Shown here: positions 40,846 to 53,855 of the stretch, one piece after another
Position numbering within the stretch: position 1 is the stretch's first letter
Layout of the letters: each line of letters begins with the position of its first letter
Position numbers and translations under genes: made by a program
Source: Malacoraja senta
Lineage: Eukaryota
Reading direction: 5' to 3'
Assembly (NCBI GenBank): GCA_038087875.1
Contig: CM075997.1
Span: 8,744,001-8,808,000, forward strand
Length of the DNA stretch: 64,000 nt
The notes under the pieces: generated by a model
Databases searched by the model: none
Told to the model about the DNA's origin: nothing
The model's input: the letters and a program-made list of their open reading frames with translations, nothing else

Positions 40846-42248
40846 CTCCACCGCCTCGCCATGGTTAGGGAACAAGGTGCGAGGCCGTAGAGATCTTGGG
40901 GTAGTGAATGGCAATAGCTCACCCGAATGGTCCAGAGTGATCAAAAATGGTTGGTATAAATGGGCACAGCATTGAAAGTACCACACTGCATAATATGTAC
41001 AAAAGTCATAGGAAAACTACTGGCTGTACCAGAGCCTCATAACTATACACAATGTGCAGATTTCATGCAAAGTGTAGCACACTGGATGATCAGACCTCAA
41101 TGTCCAATACATTGTCTAAATGCAGCAGGATCAACACATGGGACAGTTGAAGCAAGAAGATGCACACTATGGAATTTCACACGACTCAGGGAACCATATC
41201 CTAAATCACCGTCAGAGGTAGAAATTGCACCTGCAAAACAGTATGAGTGCTACTATGCGGCAAGTGGTTCACACCCAGTAGGAAAGTTCCCAGGTTATTG
41301 CGGCACAGTTTGGACATGCAATCAATCAAACACAGATCAGTTGGCCCAATATATGCCCAGGCCTGTTTCACTGCTAGATTGCAAGACTGTTCTAGCCGCT
41401 AATTCAGCAGTAGCGGATAGATTTTGGATGTGTGGGGGTGAAGTAAGGAACACACTCCCGACTGACTGGACTGGATTGTGTGCTAGGGTAATGTTAGCAC
41501 AGGCCGTCACCATTCTAAGTCCAAAGGAAGTGTTTGCCAAGACCCGTAGGAAGAGAGCATTTGATAACCTTCCTGAAGGAGTTTATATAGATGGAATAGG
41601 ACAACCAAGGGGAATCCCAAATGAATTTAAAGCTAGGAATGAGATTACTGCCGGGTTGGAGTCAATACTCATTTGGATCACACCTGCTAAAAATGTAGAG
41701 TGGATTAACTATATTTATTACAACCAGCAGAGGTTTATTAATTATACTGAGGATGCACTATTAGCCCTAGGGGACCAGCTTGATGCCACTAGTAAGATGG
41801 CGTGGCAGAATAGGCAGGCGCTAGATTGGTTGTTAGCAGAGAAAGGAGGTGTATGTGTTTTGTTTGGAGAACAATGTTGTACCTACATACCTAATGATAC
41901 TAGTCCGGAGGGATCTTTCACTAAAGCAATGGTTAAATTGAGAAATTTGAGGAAAGAGATCAAGCAGAATGCAGGTTTTGGACATGACACCTTCAGTGGC
42001 TGGAAAAAATGTTAGGCGGGTGGGGATCATGGGTGGCTAAGACGGGGATGATCATTGGAGTTGTGCTGCTCGTGGTGGTTGCCGTGTTTTGTTGTGTCTT
42101 ACCTTGTATTAAGTCTTTTCTAGTGAGAGTTACTGCCAAGCAGCTTTTGGTGCTCAGGGATGAAGGTGAAGACGTTCCCCTTAAGAAGCAGACACCAACG
42201 ATAGAATACTATGATGATGATGTGCAGAACAAGCCAGAGAGATATTGA
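40727..42248 (+). pseudogene. env: ERV-B gamma-type env (two frameshifts)
   Basis: Signal peptide MRLCTMVLLIMWTGLGWG; CIIC (CXXC); furin site RRKR; ISD WQNRQALDWLLAEKGG; CVLFGEQCC (CX6CC); TM anchor. Confidence 0.9.
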
Positions 42249-42468
42249 AATATAGATTGTGCGGATAACTGGGTCTTTTTCCCCACCCTAGTATAATGGG
42301 GGTGGGTTTTTGGCCTAGATATCCAGGTTTTTAGAGAAAGAACACTATAAAACTGAGCATTACAAATTTAAGGTCCCTGAAATTGGTCGTAGTTTAATTT
42401 GACAACCAAGATGTGGAGCTTGTGGTGTTCTTTTTCTATGAGACTTAAGAAGTCTCAGAGGGGGGATA

Positions 42469-44060
42469 TATAGTAGATGTTATTTTCTGTATTAAATGTA
42501 TCTTATATAATCTGTATTTAAAAGTAGTTTAAGAAGTGTGGCCGTTCTCAGGTTACAGGGCATTTGGTCAGTCACAGACCACATGCTTTTTCTCAGGAGA
42601 CATTCTGCAATACAAAGGGCTTAGCATTTAGGACGGGCAATTGTTTACATTTAGATAATGTTGGGTGGGGGGTATATGACCTTTGTAGGTTAGATTTATG
42701 TTTATATGAACTGAGGGGACTAAGATGTTGAGAAAGAATAGTGGGGCTGGAAATGTGACAATCCTTAGATAATGTTGTCAGTATGATAGCAGTCGTAAAG
42801 AGGCCCAAGAAGAGGCCCAAAGATGGGGTTGGAATGCCATCCCCCTAGAGATAACAAGAAAGTTGGAGGGAGTGTGAGATGGCCAAGGGACCATTATCGT
42901 TTGTCACCTGGGACAGTTTTATGACCCTTACTATGCTAGCAAAATAGAAGGTATGTTTGCAGAGATAGAGTACATTCATACTTTAAAGTTTTTTTTTTAT
43001 TAAAAAAAATATATATATATTTATTAGAAGTACATTACATTACAACCACATACATTAGTACTCGTCACTTATGTCTTCTTACAATTAATGTACTCCATTT
43101 GTTTTTTACACTAGTAAAAGGAAAAGATTGAAAGAAAGAAGAAAGTGAAGGAAAAAGTGAGAGTGTAGAAAATGTGACAACAAAAAAGGACGAAGACCCT
43201 ATAAGAACAAAATTAAAAACAAAAGAAAAAGAGTTAAGAAATAGACCCTAGAAAAGAAAGGGAAAGAGAAAAAGGAAAAAGAGAGAAACAAATATTTTTA
43301 TGAGCATTACGCAAATGGGACATACCAACTCTTCAACTATCATCCCCCCTTACCTGACCTCAATTTTTTTTTTTATGGCACCTTTGCACCCTATATTTGC
43401 AATAATTCTATAAATGCAGACCACGTCAGGTGGAAGTACTTTAAAGTTTATAACGTAAGATAATGCTAGTTTAAAGATGATGTATAAGGAAGGTCATCTG
43501 GGAAATATAGTGTATTTTAATTAGGGAAATATTGTATTTCTATTTTACATTAGATCTTTGTGTTTGGATGTGTAGTTTAAGAAGTTACATTCTTTCCCAA
43601 GATTATAGGTTTAATGGGAACAAGGGCTTATATATAAATTGGGCAACCACTGAATCACATGTTTTGTGAATTGATACCACTTTTCCTTTTGATTTCACGT
43701 GGTTAAAATAAAGCATTTAAGAACAAAGGAAGAAGCCACGAGGCTAGCAAGGGGCCATAAAGGGGAGTCATGTGACTTATAACTGTGGTTATTGTGGAAA
43801 AATACTGGTAAGAGGGGCATAAGAGGAAGCGAGTGATTGGCTGGAAATAAGGGAATACTGGCAAATGATTGGATATGGAGATAACAGGGGTGGGAAATGC
43901 GAATGTGAAAATAGTATAAAGAGTGATGATTGTTTGTAGAAGGGGTCTCCATGTGTTTTGATGATGTGGAGAACTCGATCTTTTTGCAAATAAACGTTTG
44001 AACCTCTTGAAGAATTCTCCGTGTCACCTGAATTAATTTAGAGGATTGAAAACCACAACA
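42469..44060 (+). repeat. ERV-B 3' LTR (contains an L1 fragment)
   Basis: Follows the PPT; shares its start with 31430-31520; has a polyA signal; ends in CA before the TSD. Confidence 0.85.
42992..43436 (-). mobile_element. Short L1 3' fragment in the ERV-B LTR
   Basis: Poly(T) on +; ORF2 end FHLTWSAFIELLQI*; 13-bp TSD TACTTTAAAGTTT at 42979-42991 and 43437-43449. Confidence 0.85.
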
Positions 44061-44561
44061 CAATGTAATATCAATTAGCTCTTTCATGCCTTGCGATTCA
44101 TTTTGGCCAAAAATTTCACAACACAAAATTTGCATATCAAAATAAATTCCACAATAGACCTCAGTATTTAGAACCACAGAAGTTAACAATGAAAAAAAAA
44201 GTATTTGATTTAAATACTCCAAATCTGAAGAATCTGAGTGTGCCCCCCTTTTTGCAGCACTGAACCGCATCGGAATTCTCAGTGGTATCCTTATTAGTGG
44301 AAACAAAACGCTGTAAAACAGTCAAACTGCTGCTTCGAGGTGATCGATGTTAAAGCCCCCAGACAATTGCCATGTGTTAAAGGGACATACACAACTATTG
44401 TTTCAAACACAAAGCTCTTTAAACATTTAGAACAAATAACACATTTGCACATTTTTCTCTTCAGTCATGATCCAAAACCACACACTCCACATAAACTCAC
44501 AGTGTAACACAGGTATCAAAGACTTCAAACCTGATTCGTTTTTTATTCTACATATTTGTAG

Positions 44562-46220
44562 AAAAGCATAAACTAATCACTGAAAGTCAATATGGATTCA
44601 GATCAAACAGATCAACATCACTTGCAATAATAGAATCAATTGAAGATATCACAAACGCTATTGACAATAAACTATATGCAGCTGGGATATTTATTGATAT
44701 AAAGAAAGCATTTTATACGATTAATCATGATATTTTATTTAAAAAATTAGAAAGGTATGGCATTAGAGGTCTAGTACTGGATTGGATAAAAAGCTATTTA
44801 CGTAACAGGCAACAGTTTGTGAAGCTGGGCAGTTACAGTTCTACATGTTTGGACATTGCTTGTGGTGTCCCCCAGGGGTCAGTGTTGGGTCCAAAACTAT
44901 TCATCATGTATATAAACGACATTTGTAATGTGTCCAACGCTTTGAGGCTGGTCTTGTTTGCAGACGACACAAATATTTTTTGTTCTGGGGAGAATTTAAA
45001 ACAACTACTGGACAAAATAACAAAAGAAATGGGCAAACTGAAAACATGGTTTGACAGGAACAAAATATCATTAAACTTGAGCAAAACCAAAATAATGTTA
45101 TTTGGTAATTGCAGAACAAATACACAAGCAAATATAAAGATAAATGGGGTTGAAATTGAACAAGTTCATGAAAATAAATTTCTTGGGGCTATAATGGGTG
45201 ATAGAATCAGCTGGAAATCATACATTAAACATGTACAATCCAAACTGTCAAAAAGCATTTCGGTATTACACAAAGTTAAGCAGGTTCTGGATCACAAATC
45301 ACTCCGCATTCTCTACTGTTCACTAATCTTACCCTATTTAAATTACTGTGCAGAAGTCTGGGGCAATAACTATAAAAGTTCGCTACATTCATTAACTATT
45401 CTGCAAAAAAGAGCAATACGTATTATTCACAAGGTCAGGTATCTGGGTCACACTAATCCATTATTCTTACAGTCAAAATTATTAAAATTAGAAGATTTGG
45501 TTGCATTTAAAACAGCACAGATAATGTTTAGGGCCAAAAATAAAAACTTACCTGGAAATATACAAAAATTATTTAATGTGCGAGTGGGGGGTTATAATTT
45601 AAGAAGAATATTTAATTTTAAGGTACAAAGAGTCCGCACGACCAGAAAAACTTTTTGTATTTCGGTCTGTGGAGTAGGATTGTGGAACAGTTTGAATGTG
45701 GAATTAAAGCAATGTCCAAACATGAACCAGTTCAAAATGACATACAAAAAACTTTTTTTCACAAGGTACAGGGATGAAGGGGGTGGTTGACAAACAGGGG
45801 TTAATGTTTACTTATTATTTTATTTATTGTTTAGTTATGTCTTTTGGTTACTTCATACATATTACTTGTATGTGTATATCAGTTGTATGTATATATATGT
45901 CTGTATGTATCTCTAAAAATTGTCTGTGGTATTATTATTATTAATTAATTAATTATTAAATATGGAAGAAGGGTTTAGGGAGAAGGGGTGAGATTAAATA
46001 AGTTATTCTTCTTCTCACTCCTTTTCGAGCTTGTAAAGAAAAAGTGTTGGACATTTAAATTTTGCATTATGCTTTTCATTGATTTGCAAATATTGCCTGG
46101 AATGTCCAATGTTTGACTAATTCGATTTTGTTGTTGTTATTTATTCCTATTTATGTCTTTACTTGTTCGGAACAAATAAATAAATAAATAAATAAATAAA
46201 TAGATAAATAAATAAATAAA
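44562..46220 (+). mobile_element. 5'-truncated L2-group (Crack/Daphne-like) LINE inside ERV-A
   Basis: Open RT frame [28 protein letters not shown]; (TAAA)n tail; 6-bp TSD TTGTAG at 44556-44561 and 46221-46226. Clade assignment is tentative. Confidence 0.85.
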
Positions 46221-47763
46221 TTGTAGCAACAAGAATTAAAAAACAACTATTTACACCAAGGGACCCCATGCATTTCAGTCACTTAAAGGAACCCATACAC
46301 ATAGACAAAAGAATGTACAAAAGCCATTTACAAAAGCAGTTCATACTATATTTACTTCAAAGACGTCTCTTTGTAATCTAATTTCCCTTTTTCTGACAAA
46401 ACCTTTTTTTTTTCTCACCAAAAACTTGGTTAAAAAAATGTACAAGAAAGATTTTACAAGCCACTATTTTTTATTAGCTCAGGCATTGCTCTGGGAGGAC
46501 TTAGGTCACAATTGTGGTTATAAAGTCTTTAAATTGTGAAAGCCTTCTTGTTGAAACAAGAAAATTAAGTTGGAAATAAAACCGTTACAGATTTTTCCTT
46601 CTACCATAAATCTTCACAATGATAGGCAGCAGGGTAGGATGGTCCAATTCCCTGTCATTCAGGATCCTGGACGCTGTGATTGGACATGATCCAGATCGTG
46701 ATTAGTCAGATCTCCCGTCATTCAAAGTCTGGCCACACCCACTGAAGTGGCGACCAATCAGACTCCCCTTTTTCAAAGTCTGGCCACACCCAATAAGGTC
46801 TCAAATTCCACAGACAAAGACCCACATTCTCATTCAAGGCTAAGGTTGCCTGCCGTTCGGTTGCTCTGTGCCAAAAGCTATTCAAATCTTGAAGGCAGGT
46901 TTGTTTTAACTCTCAATGTTGAATTTAATACTGTTTCTCATCTTCTGCCTCAGTCCTTACTCCTTCCTCTTCTTCGTCTCTTAGTCAGGAAATGCTTAAT
47001 TCTGTCCGAATTTCCCCGCCAATTTCTCTATTTTGCTTTGTCAGGACAAGGGATCCCTCCACCTTTTCTCATTTCCTAACCATGTGGTCTGCTTGTAACT
47101 TAATATTCTAAATTTGTTATTATACTTAGGATTCAAATAACACATGTGTTGAATGGGGGTTCCTCCTTCAATGTTATCCAGGGTATACCCCATAGATAGA
47201 TAGAGAAAAAGAGAGAGAGAGAGAGAGAGAGGAAGAGAAAGCAGACTTCTCAATTCTTTAAAATAAAGCAACGCCCCAAGTATTTCAACCAGGCAGACCC
47301 GCTAATCGAGACCCCAGTTTCTCAACTTGGCAGACTTCTTAACTCCTTAAAAAACAAGCCAGGCGCACACCTCGTCCCCCTGTATCTCAACCCGACAAAC
47401 TACGGATGTCTCAACAAGGCCGACGAGCCCTTTGTAGAGGGAGAGAGAGAAAGTGAGAAAAAAAAAGAGATAGACAGAAAGAGAGAGAAAAAAACTCAAT
47501 TCCTTCTTAAAATACATACACAATTCCTTCTTAAAAATACAAACACAAAATACATATGTAAAAATACATACACAATTCACAATTGGTCTTACCTTTGTCT
47601 ATCTCTAAGAACCTCAGCTGGGACAGACCAACTTCTGATAAAGAAACAGAGGTGTTTCCAGGAGTGTCAAGGAGTCGGTTACAATGGACCGATAGAGCTC
47701 ATATTCCACCCTTTCCAGTCCTGGTAACCTCTGCTCAGTCATCCAATGGTAGTTCCAGTGAGA

Positions 47764-47780
47764 CCTGCGCGACTACGCCA
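47764..47780 (-). promoter_or_regulatory. ERV-A primer-binding site, tRNA-Ser type
   Basis: TGGCGTAGTCGCGCAGG lies next to the LTR end and matches the complement of the vertebrate tRNA-Ser 3' end (TGGCGTAGTCGGCAGG) with a 1-nt insertion. Confidence 0.8.
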
Positions 47781-47781
47781 A

Positions 47782-48217
47782 TGAAAAAGTTCACTTAGAA
47801 AGATAGACAAAGTACAAATTCTTAAGACCATACAAAGCTTTAATTTAACGTCTGACCTAGAGACCCAGAGGCAACAGTTTCACGTCTGAATCTCCAGCAG
47901 CACACACACAGAAATACCAGAAAACGCAAGTTTATATACGTACAAATATAAAACCAATTGTATGATATAATGTACAAAAACCATCATCCAAATATGGAGT
48001 TGTTTTTCACTCTTTGCCAAAAGCCAGTCACCCCAATGGCATCCTCTTATCTGATTAACCTCTTCAACTTACCTAAAAAAACTTGCAAAAGAGCTGTGAA
48101 CCTTCCAAATTAAAATTAAAAAAACCTGGCATGATAGGAGTTGTCCAAATCCCATCATGCATTACAATTGGCCTTTTACAACAGGAAAGCTTAAATATGA
48201 CAACAATCAATTAATAA
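47782..48217 (-). repeat. ERV-A 5' LTR
   Basis: Direct repeat of 28084-29225; adjacent to the PBS. Confidence 0.9.
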
Positions 48218-48771
48218 ATAGAAGCATGTCTTGTATGATTTCAATTTCATCGTCTTCATTCTTTAAAATCTCATCTTCTCCAACTTTCAACAAAAATTGT
48301 GAATAGTCGCCTTCTCCCTCTGTCAATCGCATATTTGTGTGCAATTGAAATTTGGTGAAAAGTCTCCACGTCGGATTTCTTGATGCAGGCATTTTGAACA
48401 TCAGCATAATTTCCCCTTTTGACCAAAGGAAGGAGTTGTCGAAAATCGCCACAACAAACGATAAGAATGCCACCAAAAGGCTTAGTGTTGCTGTGGACAT
48501 CTTGAAGAGTTCTGTCCACCGCTTCAAAGCTTTCTCGCCTAATCATTGCACATTCATCCCAAACAATGTTTCACTTACCTCATGAAATGTGCCGTCTTAG
48601 AGTTCTTCTCGAGGTTGAAGAATGTATAATTGGCCATTTGGATGGGTATCTTGAATCAAGAATGTGCAGTTCTTCCTCCAGGCATTAATGTAGCTGCTAT
48701 CCAAGATGATTCCACAGCAATAGCCACATCACCTTGACCTCTAACTTTGGAGAGGATCAAATTGGTGATAA

Positions 48772-49150
48772 CATAGAAACATAGAAAATAGGTGCAGGAG
48801 TAGGCCATTCGAGCCTGCACCTCCATTCAATATGATCATGGTTGATCATTCAATTCAGTATCCTGTACCTGCCTTCTCTCCATACCCCCTGATCCCTTTA
48901 GCCACAAGGGCCACATCTAACTCCCTCTTAAATATAGCCAATGAACTGGCCTCAACTACCTTCTGTGGCAGAGAGTTCCAGAGATTCACCACTCTCTGTG
49001 TGAAAAACGTTTTTCTCATCTCGGTCCTAAAGGATTTCCCCTTTATCCTTAAACTGTGACCCCTTGTCCTGGACTTCCCCAACATCGGGAACAATCTTCC
49101 TGCATCTAGCCTGTCCAACCCCTTAAGAATTTTGTAAGTTTCTATAAGAT
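48772..49150 (-). mobile_element. CR1 3' fragment inserted in the Helitron helicase just after Walker A
   Basis: ETYKILKGLDRLDAG...GYGEKAGTGY; 4-bp TSD ATAA at 48768-48771 and 49151-49154. Excision restores GTGNTLITNLILSKVR. Confidence 0.9.
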
Positions 49151-52100
49151 ATAAGTGTGTTTCCTGTTCCTCCTGGTGCATCAATGAAAAACATTGAAGG
49201 GAGTTTCCTTTTCAAGGAGTTGCACACCTGGTCATACACTGCTCTCTGCTCAGCATTCAGCAGAGGCTCATTCTCCTCAACAAACTGCTCTTGTTCAGTT
49301 CTATCATATTTCATTTCCTGCAGCAATTCTGGTTTGACATCATCAAGGTGCATCCTTCAATTTCTTGGTTGTGGGAAATTAAAGAATTCCATTGTTTTGT
49401 TGTAATTCTCCATCCTCTGGACTCACTGAAGAATTCGTACAAAACATTTTTTTAAGGCGGGGGCTGTCAGGGTGGGTGGGGGATGGGAAACGTCAAGCAG
49501 CCGAGGGAGGGGGACGGCTTCAGGCGGGGGCTCTCGTGACTGATGAGGGAAGGGGGTGTCCTGCAGCGGGGGATCGGGGCGGCTTCAGTAGGGGGCAGGA
49601 GGGGGAGCATCCTATAGCCAGGCGGAGGGCAGCGTCTTGAGGTGGGGGATGTCAGTTGGGGGGGGCGACCTACTCATGGCCTCTGGACTCACTCACTGCC
49701 TTGGGACTAACACATGGTCTCTGGACTGACTGACTCACTCACTCATGGCCTCTGGACTGACTGATTGGCTCATGGCTTGTGGACTGACTGACGTATGCCC
49801 GACTTCTGGAGTCATGTCCTACTTTTCTAAACTGAAAACTGTAACATCCACATTGAGGAACAGCTTCTTCCTGACAGCCATTAAACATAACGAATAAGCT
49901 CTGAACTACAAAAGACTATATTATTTGTACTATTTGTATTTGTTGATCACACACGCACGCACACACACACAGCACCAATACTAAAATGCCAAGTAACTTC
50001 AGAACGTGGTAAGCATACTGGATCCTGTTCCTAACCATATACTCTATATAAGAAGTTTGAAAATAAGAACACAGTTGTGTCTAAACCGAATGATTCAAAC
50101 GTTTAAAACCTCCTCTACAGCTGCTGCTAAAGGAAAAACGTGCTTTAAATACCTTTCAACAAACACACACACCATATACATGGCAGTAAGCTACCTTGAA
50201 TTATTCAAACTGTTGAGGGTGGCCTTCTGGACTCAGCGCCATCTCTCCACTAAGCGGAAATGACGCAATCAGCGCCACCTCTCCACTAAGCGGAAGTCAC
50301 AGAATGAGCTACACTTTTGCAATTAAACACAGACCTGATCTAATAAAACGTTTATTCATGCTTTTTCCATCCGAAAATTGTTGCGAGCATTTTAGAACCA
50401 AAACACTTTTTGCAAACATTTTAGAACCAAGACACTTTTTGCTAACATATTAGAACCAATACACCTTTTGCAAACATTTTAGAACCAAAACACACACATT
50501 TTGCAAACATTTTAGAACCAAGACACACACTTTTTGCAAACATTTTAGAACCAAAACGACCACCTTTTGAAAACATTTTAGAACCAAAACTCTTTTTGCA
50601 AACATTTTAGAACCAAAACACTTTTTGCAAACATTTTAGAATCAAAACACTTTATGCAAACATTTTTGAAGCATAAACACCTTTTGCAAACATTTTAGAA
50701 CCAAAACATTTTGCAAACATTTTAGAACCAAATCACTTTTCGCAAACAATTTAGAACTAAAGCACTTTTTGCAAACATTTAAGAACCAAAACACTTTTTG
50801 CAAACATTTTAGAAGCAAAATACTTTTTGGGAACATTTTAGAACCAAATCATTTTGCAAACATTTTTGAACCAAATCACTTTTTGCAAACATTTTTGAAC
50901 CAAAACACTTTTTGCAAACATTTTAGAACTAAAACACCTTTTGCAAACATTTTAGAACCAAAACACTTTTTGCAAACATTTTAGATCCAAAACATTTTGC
51001 AAACATTTTAGAACCAAAACACTTTTTGCAAACATTTTAGAACCAAAATATTTTTTGCAAACATTTTAGAACCAAGACACACACTTTTTGCAAACATTTT
51101 AGAACCAAGACACACACTTTTTGCAAACATTTCAGAACCAAGACACACATTTTTTGCAAACATTTTAGAAGCAAGACACACACTTTTTGTAAACATTTTA
51201 GAACCAAGACACACACTTTTTGTAAATTTTCGAACCAAGACACACATTTTGCAAACATTTTACAACCAAGACACACACATTTTGAAAACATTTCAGAACC
51301 AATACACACACTTTTTGCAAACATTTCAGAACCAAGACACACACTTTTTGCAAACATGTTAGAACCAAGACACACTTTTTGCAAACATTTTAGAACCAAT
51401 ACACACTTTTTGTAAACATTTCAGAACCAAGACATACAATTTTTGCAAACATTTCAGAATCAAGACACACAATTTTTGCAAACATTTTAGAACCAGGACA
51501 CACACTGTTTGTAAACATTTTAGATCCAAGACACACACTCTTTGTAAACATTTTAGAACCAAAAATCACACTATTTGAAACATTTTATAACCAAAACACT
51601 TTTTGCAAACATTTTAGAACCAAAACACTTTTTTGCAAACATTTTAGAACCAAAACACATTTTAAAACATTTTAGAACCAAGACACACTTTTTGCAAACA
51701 TTTTAGAAACAATACACAAAATTTTTGCAAACATTTTAGAACCAAGACACACTTTTTGCAAACATTTTAGAACCAAGACACAAACTTTTTGCAAACATTT
51801 TAGAAGCACGACACACACTTTTTGCAAACATTTTAGAAACAAAACACTTTTTGCTAACATATTAGAACCAATACACCTTTTGCAAACATTTTAGAACCAA
51901 GACACACACATTTTCCAAACATTTTAGAACGAATACACACTTTTTGAAAACATTTTAGAACCAAGACACACAATTTTTGCAAACATTTTACAACCAAAAC
52001 ACTTTTTGCAAACATTTTAGAACCAATACACACACTTTTTGCAAACATTTTAGAACCAAGACACTTTTTGCTAACATATTAGAACCAATACACCTTTTGC

Positions 52101-53316
52101 AAACATTTTAGAACCAAGACACTTTTAACAAACATTTTAGAACCAAGACACACACTTTTTGCAAATATTTCAGAACCAAGACACACACTTTTTGCAAACA
52201 TTTTAGAACCAAGGCACACACTTTTTGCAAACATTTTAGAACCAAAACACATACTTTTTGAAAACATTTTAGAACCAAAACACATACTTTTTGAAAACAT
52301 TTCAGAACCAAAACACTTTTTGCAAACATTTTAGAATCAAAACTCTTTTTGCAAACATTTTTGAAGCAAAAACACCTTTTGCAAACATTTTAGAACCAAA
52401 ACATTTTGCAAACATTTTAGAACCAAATCAATTTTTGCAAACATTTTTGAACCAAAACACATTTTGCAAACATTTTAGAACTACAACACTTTTGCAAACA
52501 TTTTAGAACCAAAACAGTTTCTGCAAACATTTCAGAACAAAGACACACTATTTTTGCAAACATTTTAGAACCAAGACACACAATTTTTGCAAACATTTTA
52601 GAACCAAGACACACTTTTTGCAAACATTTTAGAACAAAGACACACACTTTTTGCAAACATTTTAGAAGCACGACACACACTTTTTGTAAACATTTTGGAA
52701 CCAAGTCACACACTTTTTGCAAACATTTTAGAACCAAGACACACACTTTTTGCAAACATTTTAGAAACAAGACACACACTTTTAGCAAACATTTTGGATC
52801 CAAAACACTTTTTGCAAACATTTTAGAACCAGTACACACACTTTTTGCAAACATTTTAGAACGAGGACACACACTTTTTGCAAACATTTTAGAACCAAGA
52901 CACACACATTTTGAAAACATTTTAGAACCAAAACACTTTTTGCAATCATTTTAGAACCAAGCCACACACTTTTTGCAAACATTTCAGAACCAAGACACAC
53001 ACTTTTTGCAAACAATTTAGAAGCAATATACACAATTTTTGCAAACATTTTAGAACGAAGACACATTTTTTGCAAACAATTTAGAAGCAATATACACAAT
53101 TTTTGCAAACATTTTAGAAGCAAGATACACTTTTTGTAAACATTTTAGAACCAAGACACACACTTTTTGCAAACATTTTAGAACCAAGACACACACATTT
53201 TGCAAACATTTTAGAACCAAGCCACACACTTTTTGAAAACATTTTAGAACCAAGACACACACTTTTTGCAAACATTTCAGAACCAAGACACACACTTTTT
53301 GCAAACATTTTAGAAG

Positions 53317-53851
53317 TGTGAGGAAGGGGTTAATAGGTATAGTTGATTTAAACTAAGAACCCTTTGTATAGTAGAAAGAAGATGTGTTCATCATCACGAA
53401 CACCCGACACACGGATAGATAATAGCCATGAGTACAAATGGTGACATTTCAAGGATGAGAAAAAAGGAGATAAGAGACAGTCCGGGATAGAACTGGGATA
53501 AAGGTCATGAACAACTCTCTATGCGCTTGCGTAATGAGATAAATGAATATTGCAAACACGGCCATCATGACAAGATGTCTCATTTAAATGTACAAGCGAT
53601 GTATGATGTGGGAGGCACCAGGGGCGGTACCTGTAGAGTGTGCACCTCAGTGCTCTGAATTGAAAGGAGCCCGAAGGGGAGGAATAAATGTAACAAATGT
53701 AAAATGATATGAATAAAAGAGAGTGACTTCCCGACCTCGGTGTGTCTCAAGAGGGGAGACACACGACTCTGCAGACTTGCTAATAAATAAACTTGTTTCT
53801 CTAAATTCTCTAGCATTGTGATTGTGAGCACTCACTATTTTGCACCTAACA
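53317..53851 (+). repeat. ERV-C 5' LTR (535 bp)
   Basis: TGTGAGG...CCTAACA; direct repeat of 61290-61821; contains AATAAA. Confidence 0.96.
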
Positions 53852-53855
53852 AGCC

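Larger units (their letters stand above)
31430..44060 (+). mobile_element. ERV-B: epsilon-like endogenous retrovirus (gag-pro-2H-pol-env); most of the 5' LTR and the PBS are deleted
   Basis: 4-bp TSD CAAT at 31426-31429 and 44061-44064. The first ~90 bp match the start of the 3' LTR (42469). PPT agagggggga at 42457-42466; AATAAA at 43989; ends in CA. Confidence 0.92.
28084..48217 (-). mobile_element. ERV-A: defective class I endogenous retrovirus (LTRs, tRNA-Ser PBS, gag/IN/env remnants, no RT visible)
   Basis: LTR pair 28084-29225 and 47782-48217; 4-bp TSD ATAG at 28080-28083 and 48218-48221. Excision restores the Helitron helicase frame IQDMLLSAETLEDCID. Purine tract at ~29230-29249. Confidence 0.9.
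26073..49790 (-). mobile_element. Internally deleted Helitron with a PIF1-helicase pseudogene (pieces ~27430-28083, 48218-48771, 49151-49400); hosts the ERV nest
   Basis: 3' end is hairpin gggaacccaacgggtccc followed by acttagtCTAG|T at 26073. Helicase motifs FFIDAPGGTG, GGRTAHS, PFGG..CCGDFRQLLP, NMRL, RNLEPPKLCNGTR, RTQFP..FAMMIHKAQ, PVFQHGKLYVAL. Rep domain and 5' terminus not found. Confidence 0.88.

Noticed and set aside
44562..46220. Horizontal transfer of the AT-rich L2-group LINE
   Set aside because: Cannot be supported without cross-species identity data; composition alone is insufficient.
50388..53316. Regular ~30-bp repeats as a CRISPR array, or as KCLQKV/MFAKSV repeat proteins
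   Set aside because: Units are head-to-tail with no unique spacers and no cas genes, in a eukaryotic context. The ORFs are translations of satellite DNA.
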